A stretch of DNA of 64,000 bases from the human T2T-CHM13v2.0 reference genome, Homo sapiens: NCBI GenBank assembly GCA_009914755.4, contig CP068257.2, positions 44,416,001-44,480,000 of the forward strand. Direction: 5' to 3'. This document shows, piece after piece, positions 1 through 13,285 of the stretch. A model generated the notes under the pieces. It was not told the origin of the DNA and did no database searches. It was given only the letters and a program-made list of their open reading frames with translations. Each line of letters begins with the position of its first letter. Position 1 is the stretch's first letter. The position numbers and the translations under genes are program-made.

Positions 1-270
1 TTGAATCATGAGGGCGGTTTCCCCCGTACTGTTCTCGTGGTAGTGAATAAGTCTCGTGAGATCTGATGGTTTTATAAAGAGGAGTTCCCCTACACAAGCT
101 CTCTTGTCTGACACCACGTAAGATGGCGCCTTTGCTTCTCCTTCACCTTCCTCCATGACTGTGAGGCCTCCCCAGCCATGTGGAACTGTGAGTCCATTAA
201 GCCTCTTTCCTTCATAAATTACCCGGTCTCAGGTATGTCTTTATTAGCAGTGTGAGAACAGACAAATACA
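1..270 (+). mobile_element. THE1/MST-type MaLR LTR fragment (3' portion of LTR)
   Basis: Matches the THE1 LTR consensus stretch '...GAATCATGGGGGC..GTTCTCGTGATAGTGAATAAGTCTCACGAGATCTGATGGTTTTATAAAG...CCATGTGGAACTGTGAGTCCATTAA.CCTCTTTCCTT.ATAAATTACCC.GTCTC.GGTATGTCTTTATTAGCAGTGTGAGAAC'. It ends near 270. Confidence 0.7.
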
Positions 271-744
271 CAGGGGAGGTTGGCCCACATGCTGCCGACC
301 GACATCATCTGTTTAAAGCTGACTCCTTGAAAATCAGCTGTGAGTAAAGGGGGCGTTCCAAACTCAGGCCCTTAGAGCCAGCGTGTGTGGCCCAGTAGCC
401 AGAGCACAGTATGCCTCTCGGCCAGTGGGACCAGGGGCTGGGGCAGACCCCGAGCCGGAGCCTGCATCCAGCCCCCGAACGTTCTCCCACTGCCATCTAC
501 TTGGCCAAGAGGTACCTGACCAAGCTTGGTACCTTGGAGAATGCCACAAATAAAAATTAGCCCAGCGGGGTTCCGGCATCTACTTACTGCAAACCCTCAC
601 TTCCTTCACACGTGTCTCTGCAGGCAGGTCTGGTCTGGGGAGTTTCTGCCCATATCACAGGCAGAGTCTGACCCTCCAATCCTTCTCTCATTCTCAGGTT
701 CACAAAGCTGAGTGAAGTCCAAACAGGAAAAGCCCAAATAGAGC

Positions 745-1182
745 CACACTCAGACACACCACAACTCAGACACATCACAACTCAGACACACCACAACTCA
801 GACACACCACAACTCAGACACACCACAACTCGGACACACCACAACTCAGACACACCACAACTCAGACACACCACAACTCAGAAACACCACAACTCGGACA
901 CACCACAACTCGGACACACCACAACTCGGACACACCACAACTCGGACACACCACAACTCGGACACACCACAACTCAGAAACATCACAACTGAGACACACC
1001 ACAACTCAGAAACACCACAACTCAGACACACCACAACTCAGACACATCACAACTCAGACACACCACAACTCAGACACACCACAACTCAGAAACATCACAA
1101 CTCAGACACACCACAACTCAGACACACCACAACTCAGAAACATCACAACACAGACACATCACACACTCAGACACATCACAAC
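745..1182. repeat. 16-bp minisatellite (ACACCACAACTCAGAC)n, about 27 copies
   Basis: Direct tandem reiteration with point variants (CATCAC/CACCAC, CAGAAA/CAGACA) visible across lines 741-1190. Confidence 0.9.
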
Positions 1183-1264
1183 CTAACTTCTGAAAACTAA
1201 AGACAAAAATATAAAAGAACAACAATTGAAATGACTGCAAATTTCCCATTAGAAACCATGGAAG

Positions 1265-1557
1265 CAGCTGCGCACAGTGGCTCACACCTGTAATCCTAAC
1301 ACTTTGGGAGACTGAGGCAGATGGATATCACCTGAGGCCAGGAGTTCGAGGCCAACCTGGCCAACATGGCAAAAGCCCATCTCTACTAAAAATGCAAAAA
1401 TTAGCCAGGTGTGGTGCACACCTGTAGTCCCAGATACTTAGGAGACTGAGGCAGGAGAATCACTTAAACCTGAGAGGCGGAGGCTGCAGTGAGCCAAGAT
1501 CGCGCCACTGCACTCCAGCCTGCGCAACGGAGTGAAAAGAAAAAAGAAAAAAAGAAA
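1265..1557 (+). mobile_element. Alu SINE
   Basis: Alu consensus from 'GTGGCTCACACCTGTAATCC' through 'GCCACTGCACTCCAGCCTG', ending in an A-rich tail. Confidence 0.9.
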
Positions 1558-1584
1558 CCATGGAAGCCAGGAAAAAGTGGCACT

Positions 1585-1833
1585 TTGAGACGGAGCCTTG
1601 GCTCACTGCAGCCTCCGCCTCCCAGGTTGAAACAATTCTCCTTCCTCAGCCTCCTGAGTAGCTGGGATTACAGGCGCCTGCAACCACGCCCAGCTAATTT
1701 TTATATTTTTAGTACAGACGGAGTTTCACCATGTTTGCCATGCTGGTCTCAAACTCCTGACCTCAGGTGATACGCCTACCTCAGCCTCCCAAAGTGCTGG
1801 GATTACAGGCATGAGCCACTACGCCCAACCTGG
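1585..1833 (-). mobile_element. Alu SINE (reverse orientation, 3'-truncated)
   Basis: Reverse complement of Alu: 'TTTGAGACGGAG..CTCACTGCAGCCTCCGCCTCCCAGGTT...GGATTACAGGCATGAGCCACT'. Confidence 0.9.
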
Positions 1834-2518
1834 CACATTGTTTAATTGCTGAAAGAAAATAATTATCAGTTCAGGAGTCTATATCCAGCAAAAATATCCT
1901 TCAGGGATGAGGGTGAAATGGAGACATTCTCAGATGAAGAAAAACTAAGAAAATTTGCTGCCAGCACATATACCCTAAAAGAATGCCTAAAAGAGTTTTT
2001 TCAGATAGAAAAACATCAGGAATGAAGGAAGAGCAACAAAAATGATAAATATTGAGGAAATGTAATAGACTGTTCTTCAGTTCTTTAAAATAATGTTTGA
2101 TGATGAAAAGCAAGTACTGTAGTATTGTTGGGCGGAGTTTCAGCACATGCAGATGTATCAACTAAGACGGACTGCAGCATGAAAGATGCAGGTCCAGGAA
2201 GCTACACGGTGGCAAGAGTTCCACAAAACACTTGAAATGCTAAAATACTGATTCCAAGGAGACTGTGAAAGGTGAAGTATGCATATGGTAATCCCCAGAA
2301 AACCAGTAAATATTCTACAGAGCTATATCATCAACAACACAATAGGTAGCTTAACATACTGAAAAATGTTCAAATAACCAAAAGACAGGAATGAAAAGAC
2401 AAAAGAACAAAAAAATGGAGGAAATAAGCAGAAAACAAATAATAAAATGGTAGGTTTGAATCCAAACATATCAATAATGACATTAAATGTAACTGGTCTA
2501 AATTAAAAGACAGAGACC

Positions 2519-2820
2519 TGGTGCCATGGCTCGTACCTGTCATCCCAGCACTTTGGGAGGCCAAGGCAAGAGGATCACTTGAGGCCAGGAGTTCAAGACC
2601 AGCCTGGGCAACACAGTGGGACGCTGTCTCTACAGATTTTTTTTTTAATTACCCAGGCATATGGTGTGCGCCTGTGGTCCCAGCTAGTCAGGAGGCCAGG
2701 GTGGGAGGATCGCTTGAGCCCAGGAGGTCGAGGCTGCAGTGATGTGATCATGATACTGTACTCCGGCCTGGGCAACAGAGTGAGACCGTATCTCTACAAA
2801 AAAAATTAAAAATTAAAAAA
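2519..2820 (+). mobile_element. Alu SINE inserted into L1, with a target-site duplication
   Basis: Full Alu with an A-rich tail. It is flanked by the direct repeat 'AAAAGACAGA' (2506-2515 and 2817-2826). Confidence 0.9.
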
Positions 2821-3061
2821 GACAGATGGTCACAATGGATTTCTTTAAATGACCCACCTATATTTCTACCCTCAAGAAACTCACTTCAAAGATAATATTG
2901 GTAGGTCAGTGTTAAAAGGATAGAAAAAGATATATCATCATGCAGGCACAAATTTTAATAAACTGAACTGCCTATATTAATATCAGATAAAGTGGACTTC
3001 AGAGAAAAGAAAATTATCGGCAGCAAAGAGGTAAATTACGTGATGATAAAAGGGTCAATTC

Positions 3062-3530
<469 letters not shown>

Positions 3531-3647
3531 CTAATTGAATTTATGGAACACTCCACCCAACCAGAGCAGAAAACAAAGACTTCTCAAGGGCACCTGGAAC
3601 ATTTACCAAGAGAGGCGGGTGATGCCCAGAGTCATTAAAAAATCTTA

Positions 3648-3827
<180 letters not shown>

Positions 3828-4963
3828 TTATAATGAAATTAAACTAGTTATAACAGAGATACATGCTTAAAAGTTAAGCACTGTACTGCTTAAAAGCTGG
3901 TTAAAAGTTAAGCACCGTACCACTAAATAATCCAGAAAGAGAAAGTCTCTAGGGAATTTAAAGATAATATTTAACTGAACAAAAATGAAAATATATAAAA
4001 ACCTGAAGTATGTAACTAAAGTAGTGATTGGAGGAAAAGTTACAACACTAAATGTCTATATTACGAAAGAAGAAAGATCTCAAAAGAATAATCCAAGCTT
4101 TCACCTCAAGAAATTATTTTGAGACAGCAAAATAAACCCAAAGCAAGTAGAACAAAGGAACAGAAATCAATGAAACTTAAAACATGATGGAGAAAATCAG
4201 TGGAAAGAGAGCTGGTTTCTGAGACAATTAATAAAATCATAAAACTTTAGCAAAATTGACAAAAAATGAGAGAATAAATAATATCAGGAATAAAAGAAGG
4301 GATATCAAAATTATAGACTCTGTAGACGTTAAAAGGAAAACAGAATACTACAAATCTACACACACAGATTCAACACATTGCATGAAATTAACCAATTACT
4401 CAAAAACAGCAAGCTACCAAAACATCTCCAAGTGGAACAGATAATCCAAATAGTTCTATAACTCTTAAATAAATGGAATTTCTTTAATAAATTCCTTAGT
4501 TAACATGCCTTCCAAAAAAGAAATATCCAGGCCCGGATGGTTTCACCATCTGGTGAATTCTACCAAACATTTAAAGAGGAAATAGTACCAATTCCATCTA
4601 ATATCTTCCAGAAAATAGAAGAAAGAGCACTTCCTGTGTGATTATATGAAACCAATATTACCCTGACACCAAAAGAAGACAAAAACAACATTTTAAAATG
4701 GCACACTAATATCTGTCATGAACAAAGATGCAAAAATCATCAACAAACTTAGCAAATCGAATACAGAAATATATAAAAATAATTATAAGCCATGATCATG
4801 TAGGATTTATTCCAGGAATGCAAATGCTCTTCGACAGTTGACGGGGTAAATAAACTTGGACATCCACACAGGGAATACTACTCGGTAACATGAAGGAACA
4901 ACTATTGAGACATGCAACAATTTAATGGATCTTAAATGCATTATACTCAATGAAAAAGGCCAA

Positions 4964-5010
4964 TCTCTCTCTCTCTTTTTTTCTCTCTCTCTATATGTAT
5001 ATATTTTATC
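4964..5010. repeat. (TC)n/(TA)n simple repeat
   Basis: 'CTCTCTCTCTCTCTTTTTTTCTCTCTCTCTATATGTATATAT'. Confidence 0.8.
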
Positions 5011-5416
5011 CTATATAGTTTCATTTACATAATATTCTTGAAATAACAAAGTTGTAGAGCTAGAGAACAGATAAGTAGTTGCCAGGGGTTAGGGTTTGAG
5101 GCAGAATGTGACTGAAAAATGAATGAAAAAGTCATATATCCCGACTGTGATCATAGCTGCACAAATCCATAAGTTTGTGAACTACGAACAGAAAAAATAC
5201 ATGTGAAAAACTGACAAAATCTGAACAAGATCTGTAGCTCAGTGAACAGTTTGGTACCAATGTCAGTTTCTTGGTTTTGATATGCTTTGATTTTGATAGT
5301 TATGTAGATAATATTGAAAGCACTGGTTGAAGAGCATATGAGAACTCTGTACGTTCTTTGCAACTTCTCTGTGAGCTCTAAAATTATTTCAAAATTCAAA
5401 CTTTTTTTAAAAAAAA

Positions 5417-5575
5417 GGCTGGGTATGGTGGCTTCTGCCTGTAATCCCAGGACTTTGGGAGGCCGAGGTGGGAGGATTGCTTGAGCCCAGGAGTTCAAGG
5501 TGAGCCTGGGCAACATGGCAAAACCTCATCTCTAAAAAAAAATACAAAAAGTTAAAAAAAAAAAGGGGGGGAGAA
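5417..5575 (+). mobile_element. Alu left-monomer (FLAM) fragment with an A-rich tail
   Basis: 'GGCTGGGTATGGTGGCTTCTGCCTGTAATCCCAGGACTTTGGGAGGCCGAGGTGGGAGGATTGCTTGAGCCCAGGAGTTCAAGG..' followed by an A-rich tract. Confidence 0.7.
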
Positions 5576-5579
5576 ATAA

Positions 5580-6010
5580 TTAGAACAGATACTGCCTGAA
5601 AGAAGATACACATGCAATTGGCCAGTGAGCTCAGGAACCAGAGCTCAGACCCAACCACCATCAGGGACACCCAGAGGAGAACCGCGATCAGAGCCCACGG
5701 CACACCCACAACCATAGTGGAAACTTCAGGCAAGTGTTTACTGAGGATGTGGAAGAATCGGAACTCTCAGGCACCACTTGTGAGAATGTAAGATGGTGCA
5801 ACCGCCCTGGGAAACCAGCAGCTTCACAGGAAGTTAAACACGCAACTGCCTCGTACCCCGGCCACTCGAGTCCACGCGTTTACCCACAAGAAACAGAAGG
5901 ACACATCCTCACCAAGGCTCAGGCCCAAGTGTTCACAGCAGGCTTCATCACAATGGACCCCAAACCAGAGCAACTGTGGCACAGCCATGCCAGGGGACAT
6001 TCGGCAATCA
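5580..6010 (+). mobile_element. Old L1 ORF2 C-terminal fragment
   Basis: Degenerate match to the L1 ORF2 3' region ('GAGGATGTGGAAGAATCGGAACTCTC..GTGAGAATGTAAGATGGTGCAACCGCCCTGGGAAACCAGCAGCTTCACAGGAAGTTAAACA', equivalent to the '[25 protein letters not shown]' region). Confidence 0.55.
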
Positions 6011-6015
6011 CAGGT

Positions 6016-6332
6016 GTTTTTTATTTTTTATTTTTTTGTTTTTGTTTTTTTGAGATGGGAGTCTCACTCTGTCGCCCAGGCTGGAGTACTATGGTGTGAT
6101 CTCAGCTCACCGCATCCCCTGCCTCCCAGGTTCAAGCAATTCTTCGGCCTCAGCCTCCGGAGTAGCTGGGATTACAGGTGCCCGCCACCGTGCCCAGCTG
6201 ATTTTTGTGTTTTTAGTAGAGATGGGGTTTCACCATGTTGGCCAAGCTGGTCTTGAACTCCTGACTTCAGGTGATCTGCCCACCTCGGCCTCCCAAAGAG
6301 CTGGGATTATAGGCGTGAGCCACCACCGGCCC
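6016..6332 (-). mobile_element. Alu SINE (reverse orientation)
   Basis: Poly-T head, 'GAGATGGGAGTCTCACTCTGTCGCCCAGGCTGGAGT...GGGATTATAGGCGTGAGCCACCACCGGCCCGG'. Confidence 0.9.
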
Positions 6333-6454
6333 GGCAATCGAACTTGGATGCACCTCAAAAACAAATGCCGAGGCCAGAAGAGTCCATATTGTCTTACTCC
6401 ACCACAGGAAAGCCACACACAAACCCATCCATGGTGACAAAGTGCCAGTCAGTG

Positions 6455-8745
6455 ATTGTATGAGGTGGGGCGGTTTGTTGCGGATGGTATGAGGGATCTT
6501 TTTGGGGTGATGGATGTCCTGATGATATGAGGGGTCTTTTTGGGGTGATGGATGTTACTGATGATATGAGGGATCTTTTTGGGGTGACAGATGCTGTGGA
6601 TGATATGAGGGATCTTTTTGGGGTGATGGATGTTACTGATATGAGGGATCTTTTTGGGGTGATGGATGTTACTGATATGAGGGATCTTTTTGGGGTGATG
6701 GATGTTACTGATGATATGAGGGATCTTTTTGGGGTGATGGATGTTACTGATGATATGAGGGGTCTTTTTGGGGTGATGGATGTTACTGATGATATGAGGG
6801 ATCTTTTTGGGGTGATGGATGTTACTGATGATATGAGGGGTCTTTTTGGGGTGACGGATGTTACTGATGATTTGAGGGGTCTTTTCGGGGTGATGGATGT
6901 TACTGATGATATGAGGGGTCTTTTTGGGGTGATGGATGTTACTGATGTGAGGGATCTTTTTGGGGTGACGGATGCTGCGGATGGTATGAGGGATCTTTTT
7001 CGGGTGATGGATGTTACTGATGATATGAGGGATCTTTTTGGGGTGATGGATGTTACTGATATGAGGGGTCTTTTTGGGGTGATGGATGTTACTGATGATA
7101 TGAGGGATCTTTTTGGGGTGACGGATGTTACTGATGATATAAGGGATCTTTTTAGGGTGACAGATGCTGCGGATGGTATGAGGGATCTTTTTGGGGCAAT
7201 GGATGTTACTGCTGATATGAGGGGTCTTTTTGGGTGATGCATGTTACTGATGATGTGAGGGATCTTTTTGGGGTGATGGATGCTGCGGATGGTATGAGGG
7301 GTCTTTTTGGGGTGATGGATGTTACTGATGATATGAAGGGTCTTTTTGGGGTGATGGATGTTACTGATGATATGAGGGATCTTTTTGGGGTGACGGATTT
7401 TACTGATGGTATGAGGGATTTTTTGGGGGTGATGGATGTTCTGATGATATGAGGGGTCTTTTTGGGGTGATGGATGTTACTGACGATATGAGGGATCTTT
7501 TTGGGGTGATGGATGCTGTGGATGATATGAGGGATCTTTTTGGGGTGATGGATGTTACTGATGATATTAGGGATCTTTTTGGGGTGACAGATGCTGTGGA
7601 TGATATGAGAGATCTTTTTGGGGTGATGGATGCTGCAGATTGTATGAGGGATCTTTTTGGGGTGATGGATGTTACTGATGATATGAGGGGTCTTTTTGGG
7701 GTGACGGATGTTACTGATGATATGAGGGGTCTTTTTGGGGTGATGGATGTTACTGATGATATGAGGGGTCTTTTTGGGGTGATGGATGTTACTGATGATA
7801 TGAGGGATCTTTTTGGGGTGACGCTGCGGATGGTATGAGGGGTCTTTTTCGGGTGATGGATGTTACTGATGATATGAGAGGTCTTTTTGAGGTGATGGAT
7901 GTTACTGATGATATGAGGGGTCTTTTTGGGGTGATGGATGTTACTGATGTGAGGGGTCTTTTTGGGGTGATGGATGTTACTGATGATATGAGGCATCTTT
8001 TTTGGGGTGACAGATGCTGCGGATGATATGAGGGATCTTTTTGGGGTGATGGATGTTACTGATGGTATGAAAGATCTTTTTGGGGTGATGGATGCTGCAG
8101 ATGGTATGAGGGATCTTTTTGGGGTGATGGATGTTACTGATATGAGGGATCTTTTTGGGGTGATGGATGTCACTGATAAGAGGGATCTTTCTGGGGTGAT
8201 GGATGCTGCAGATGATATGAGGGATCTTTTTGGGGTGATGGATGTTACTGCTGACATGAGGGGTCTTTTTGGGTGATGCATGTTACTGATGATATGAGGG
8301 ATCTTTTTGGGGTGACAGATGCTGCGGATGGTATGAGGGATCTTTTTGGGGTGATGGATGTTACTGATTATATGAGGGGACTTTTGGGGTCATGGATGTT
8401 ACTGATATGAGGGGTCTTTTTGGGGTGATGGATGCTGCAGATGGTATGAGGGATCTTTTTGGGGTGGTGGATGTTACTGATGATATGAGGGGTCTTTTTG
8501 GGGTGATGGATGTTACTGATGATATGAGGGGTCTTTTTGGGGTGATGGATGTTACTGATGATATGAAGGGTCTTTTTGGGGTGATGGATGTTACTGATGA
8601 TATGAGGGGTCTTTTGGGGTGATGGATGTTACTGATGATATGAGGGATCTTTTTGGGGTGATGGATGTTACTGATGATATGAGGGGTCTTTTGGGGTGAT
8701 GGATGTTACTGATGATATGAGGGATCTTTTTGGAGTGATGGATGT
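6455..8745. repeat. 39-bp minisatellite (GATGTTACTGATGATATGAGGGATCTTTTTGGGGTGATG)n, about 58 copies, with 36-bp variants
   Basis: Perfectly phased tandem array. The six-frame ORFs of 236-293 aa on both strands are all periodic 13-aa repeats (+: MRDLFGVMDVTDD; -: SVTSITPKRSLIS). Confidence 0.95.
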
Positions 8746-11144
8746 TCTCTGTCTTGATTGTGTTCATGGTCACACAGTTATATAAATTTGCCAGAACTCA
8801 TCAAGCTATACACTTTAAGTGGGTGCATCTTCCTGTATGTAAACGGCACCTCCCCAGAGATGATTCTTCAAAGCCCTCCTCCTTTTCTAACCTCCTCCTG
8901 GGCTTGCTGTAACTTTGTGGTCCCTGACAGCTGCACCCACCGCCCTCCATGCCCTCTACCCTGCTGACCAACTCCCCGTCCACCTTCTCCCAGTTGGCCC
9001 AGCTCAAGGGGCAGCCCCCTGCATCGAAAGCAGTTAGGGCCTCCTCCTCCGGCACCACCTGGGAAAAGGTGACTGTGGCCTCTGGAAAGGCTTCCTGGCT
9101 CCGGTTCCCAGGAAGAGGCATTTGCACTGCCTCCCTCCTCTGTCCCAGACAGCCCCAGGGCCTCTCGCTAAGCCCAGCTGGCCGAATCCGTGCAAAGCTC
9201 CTCTCCAAACCGACTTGAGTAACTTCTCTGGCTGAAAATGGGAAGCAGTTGCATAACCAGACATCTGCGGATCCAATTCCTGAGAAAATGTAGGCAGATG
9301 CGCCGGACAGTTAGGAGAGGCCCTGAGAAGATGAAGACACGGGCCGGAGGCCACACTTGGCCTGTCTCCCGTTGGCCTGACACATTTTGCAGCTGCTTAT
9401 CAGGGGGTTAGGAGAACGCTGAATAGGAGGCTGGGGAGGCCAATTCCACAGCGTATGACACACGCGTACCACTGCTTCCAAGGGAATTCATCAAACCAGT
9501 TCTTTGCGTAATCGCCTAATGCTTCCTCCTGGGGGAGGGGATTTGTTTATTGATCTTCTTCCCTTCCTATAGATCTGTTGTTCATAGGCATGAGGTGAAC
9601 ACGCGCATTTTCCAGCCAGGAGAACGTTCCGCTCAGCACGCACACCTGGAGACAGCCCAGCCCTGAGCAGGAAATGCCTGCTGGGCTTGAAGAGGGCTTC
9701 CTGGGGTGTGATGGATGATTGGGTTCTTTTTAAAGAATAGGAGGCCCCAGTCAGCTTTCCAAGTCCCACACAGAGGAGGTCGGGGGGACAGGCCCCTGGC
9801 CAGCTCCCATCCTGCTGTGGTCCCAGCACCCCCAGACCTCCCGGCAGCTGACCCAGACTCTTGGGACCTGGCACCCTCATCCCTGGAGGTCAACACTCCA
9901 ATGTCCGCTGGGCGTCTGACCTGGAGGACAGGGCTCCAAGGCACAGCCCATGGCTGAGAGTGAAGAAACGGCGCCCTCATGGCGGACCCTCCACCAAGCG
10001 GCCAGTGAACGAAGTGTGTTTGTACGGGAGGGCTTCCAGCCGCCGCGACCCCCACCATCGAGAAACCATCCTCTGGGCCCACCGCAGAACTCACTGTGCC
10101 CACAGCGGGGCTCTCTGGGGAGGGTCCTCGGAGCACAGTGGCGAGTGGACGGCACCCTGACCATCCCGGGCAGGCTTTCCAAACTCGGCTGGTGGACAGC
10201 TTCCCTGCTGGGTCCCTGAAGTGAGGCCAGGTCACCCACAAGCCAGGAGCATTGGCCGCACCCTGGCAGCCCTTGGCATCCTCTCTCATTGGGGCGTCAC
10301 GTTGTCCCAGGGAGCCAGGCTGGTGACACTGGGGTCTGGAAAGAGGGGCCTAGCCCTGTCACACACACTGTCAGCCCTCCAAGGTGGCACGGGGACGGCG
10401 AGGCCGACAGCTGCTTGTGCGGAACTGGGCTGGTCCCATCGGCTCTGGAATCAGACCCCCTGAGGCTTGGAAATAAGATGGACCGGGGTCAGGCGATGCT
10501 CAGTTGAAGGCAGACACCGCTCCCCACTTTGCTCCACAAGCACAAGCTCTTCCCAGCTAAGGCACAGCAGGGCAGGGGCCGCCAGGCACAGTGAAGGGGG
10601 CCAGGGCCTGCAGTCCCCCATCCAGAGCTGGGCAGGGAGCCGTGCAGGCTGCGAGGTGGGGTGGCTGCTGCAGCTCCCAAGGGGTCTGGTGTGGACTAGA
10701 GGGCGAGTGGAGAACCTGGGACCTCTGCAGGGCGCACAGCCATTTCCACACACAGCCCACTTCAGACCACTTGCTGCGGTGGTCACTGGTGGTCAGCCCA
10801 TAGCAAAGCGTCTGGCCCTGTGCCCCCACCCTGCCAGCACCAGGCTGGACAGTCCCCAGCGGCTGCACGGTGGCCTGGGCAGCTGTGATGGGAGAGGCCC
10901 CCACAGACGAGGCCCCAAGTCGGCTCCTGGCTCTGCCCTGGACCGGCTCTGGGTTCTCGAGAGGCTGGCCCAGCCCTGCGCTGCTCTGAGCCATGCGGAC
11001 CCCGTGGGGAGGACCCCATACTGCAGATCCCTCACCGGTAGCCCCCACTCCAGGCCAGACTGAAACACCGCGGTGGGCTCCTGGAGCACCCCCCACGCCC
11101 GGGGCTGGCTGGCCTGGGAGGAGGGGACACAAGAACTTGGGACG

Positions 11145-11900
11145 GCAGTTCTCAAAATGCAGTCTGGGGACCGCAGAGGTTCCTGAGATGCTCTGGGGGG
11201 TCTGTGAGGCCAAACTTATTTTGATGATGAAACTGACACATTATCCGTCTTTCTCATTCTCGCTCTCACGAATGTTCCAAGTACAAAACCCACGATGCAG
11301 TTTCAGATCTCACGTCCCAACAGACCTTTAAGACAGGACCGCTTGTTGTGTTTGGGGATCGAATCGAAGCTTATCCACAGTTATCTGAGAGGACTGCCGA
11401 GGCACTCCTCCCTCCAAGTGTGCGGTGAGGCCAGACTTTCCACAGATTTGCCCAAAACCCCATTGCAGTGGCTTGAACACAGAAGCAGCTCCGAGAACCA
11501 GCTGTCTCCCGTGAAGCCAGACACCGAACAGACTGGAAAAGGGAAAAACAGTGCATATTCCTCACAGATCTTCCGTTCGGGAAACGATAATTTAATTGTT
11601 TTAATTAAAAACATAATATGTGAAAATGTAGTGGGTTTATCCTTGTTAATGTGAAACGGATCGATACATCAGTATTTTTGGATTTCTGTTTTAATTTCTG
11701 ATATAATCAATGTTGATAGACATAACTTGTGCAAACAAAGCTCTTCACGGTCTCCCAAGATCTGTGGGTGTGGGGTGGGATCGTGAGACCACAGTGTGGG
11801 GAGCAGGTCCCTCGGTCACCGTCCAGGCTCGGCAGCCCCTCGGCACGGGGCATCCGCGTCCAGAGTCCTACAAGAAGGAGCCTCAGAGAACAGAGCCCCT
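11145..11900. mobile_element. hAT-Charlie/MER-like non-autonomous DNA transposon remnant (tentative)
   Basis: The left end 'CAGTTCTCAAAATGCAGTCTGGGGACCGCAGAGGTTCCTGAGATG' resembles a hAT terminal inverted repeat (consensus CAGTGGTTCTCAAA.TG..). An internal 'GGTGTGGGGTGGGATCGTGAGACC' matches the conserved subterminal 'GGTCTGGGGTGGGGCCTGAGATT' of Charlie/MER30-type elements. The right terminus is degenerate. Confidence 0.35.
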
Positions 11901-12699
11901 GGCGCCCCAGCGTGAGAAGCTTCCAATGCTTTCTCAGCATCTTTTTCCAGATAAAAATGCCAGCCCTTCCTCTCCAAAGATCTGAACCGCCTAGGGTTTT
12001 CTTGGCCTGGCATCACGCCTTCCCTCATCCGGCACCAACCCTTCCCTCCCGTCTCTATGGTTTCTCCCGCTCTTTATCCTCACAGCCCTGTGGAAAGACA
12101 TGGTCTGTGTGCCTGGAAAACGATGCAAGGCCGTGGTGCCTGTGACGTCCTCAGACTCACACCCCAATGCGGGGGACTGAACGTTTGTGTTCTCCCCAGT
12201 TCACAGGTTGAAGGCCTTGCCCCCAGTGCAGCTGTGTCTGGACACTGGGCCTCTGGGAAGTGATGATGGTTAAATGATGTCAGGAGGATGGAGCCCGGGT
12301 CGGCTACGGCTGTGGCCCCAGTGACGCCGGTGTACTCAGGCGCCTGCCAGCTGGGAAGAGGCCTCACCAAGCCCAGCCCTGCAGCACCTTGGCCTTGGCC
12401 TTCCAGCCTCCGGATGCGAGAGGATAAATGTCTCCTGCTGAAGCCGCCAGGTCTGTGTTCTCCTTGTGGCTGCAGCAGCCGCACTAAGACACTGGCCACA
12501 CCTGGTTTCTCCACAGCCGCTGCAGCCACGAGGAGAAGGCCACCCTCTCGCGTTCAAACACAGGTGCTTTTTAATTTCCATAGTCAATTGCGTCAAGGTG
12601 TAACTTACATAAGAGAAAGTGCAGATCGTAAGGGTTAGACTTCGATGCCTTCTTGCAGGTGCACCCACCGTGGAACCACAGCCACAGTGGAGCTGTGGA

Positions 12700-13285
12700 A
12701 TGTGCCCGTCACCCACAGCCCGCCTCTGAGTCACTGCCATCACCCACAGCCCTGCCCTGACCCACAGCCTGCGTCTCAGTCACTGCCCATCACCCACAGC
12801 CCTGCGTCTCAGTCACTGCCCGTCACCCACAGCCCTGCCTCTCAGTCCCTGCCGTCACCCACAGCCCTGCCTCTCAGTCCCTGCCATCACCCACAGCCCT
12901 GCCTCTCAGTCACTGCCCGTCACCCGCAGCCCTGCCTCTCAGTCACTGCCCGTCACCCACAGCCCTGCCTCTCAGTCCCTGCCGTCACCCACAACCCTGC
13001 CTCTCAGTCACTGCCCGTCACCCACAGCCCTGCCTCTCAGTCCCTGCCCGTCACCCACAGCCCTGCCTCTCAGTCCCTGCTGTCACCCACAGCCCTGCCT
13101 CTCAGTCACTGCCCGTCACCCACAGCCCTGCCTCTCAGTCACTGCCCGTCACCCACAGCCCTGCCTCTCAGTCACTGCCCGTCACCCACAGCCCTGCCTC
13201 TCAGTCCCTGCCGTCACCCACAGCCCTGCCTCTCAGTCACTGCCCGTCACCCACAGCCCTGCCTCTCAGTCCCTGCCGTCACCCT
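12700..13285. repeat. 33-bp minisatellite (CACCCACAGCCCTGCCTCTCAGTCACTGCCCGT)n, about 17 copies
   Basis: Direct tandem array with CACTGCC/CCCTGCC variants. It generates the 284-aa '+'-strand periodic ORF (PASQSLPVTHS repeats). Confidence 0.9.

Noticed and set aside
5080-5095. 'GGTTAGGGTTTGAGG', telomere-like hexamer
   Set aside because: This is a single occurrence inside an L1 3' UTR. No (TTAGGG)n array exists anywhere in the window.
6394-8281. 282-293-aa ORFs on both strands across the 39-bp array
   Set aside because: They are perfectly periodic translations of a tandem repeat whose unit is a multiple of 3 and lacks stop codons. There is no start context, splice sites or non-repeat flanking coding sequence.
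9633-11213. 198-218-aa ORFs in the GC-rich unique block
   Set aside because: There are multiple mutually overlapping ORFs on both strands in GC-rich DNA. The peptides are low-complexity Pro/Gly/Arg/Ala-rich with no recognisable domain, and part of the interval is a probable hAT remnant.
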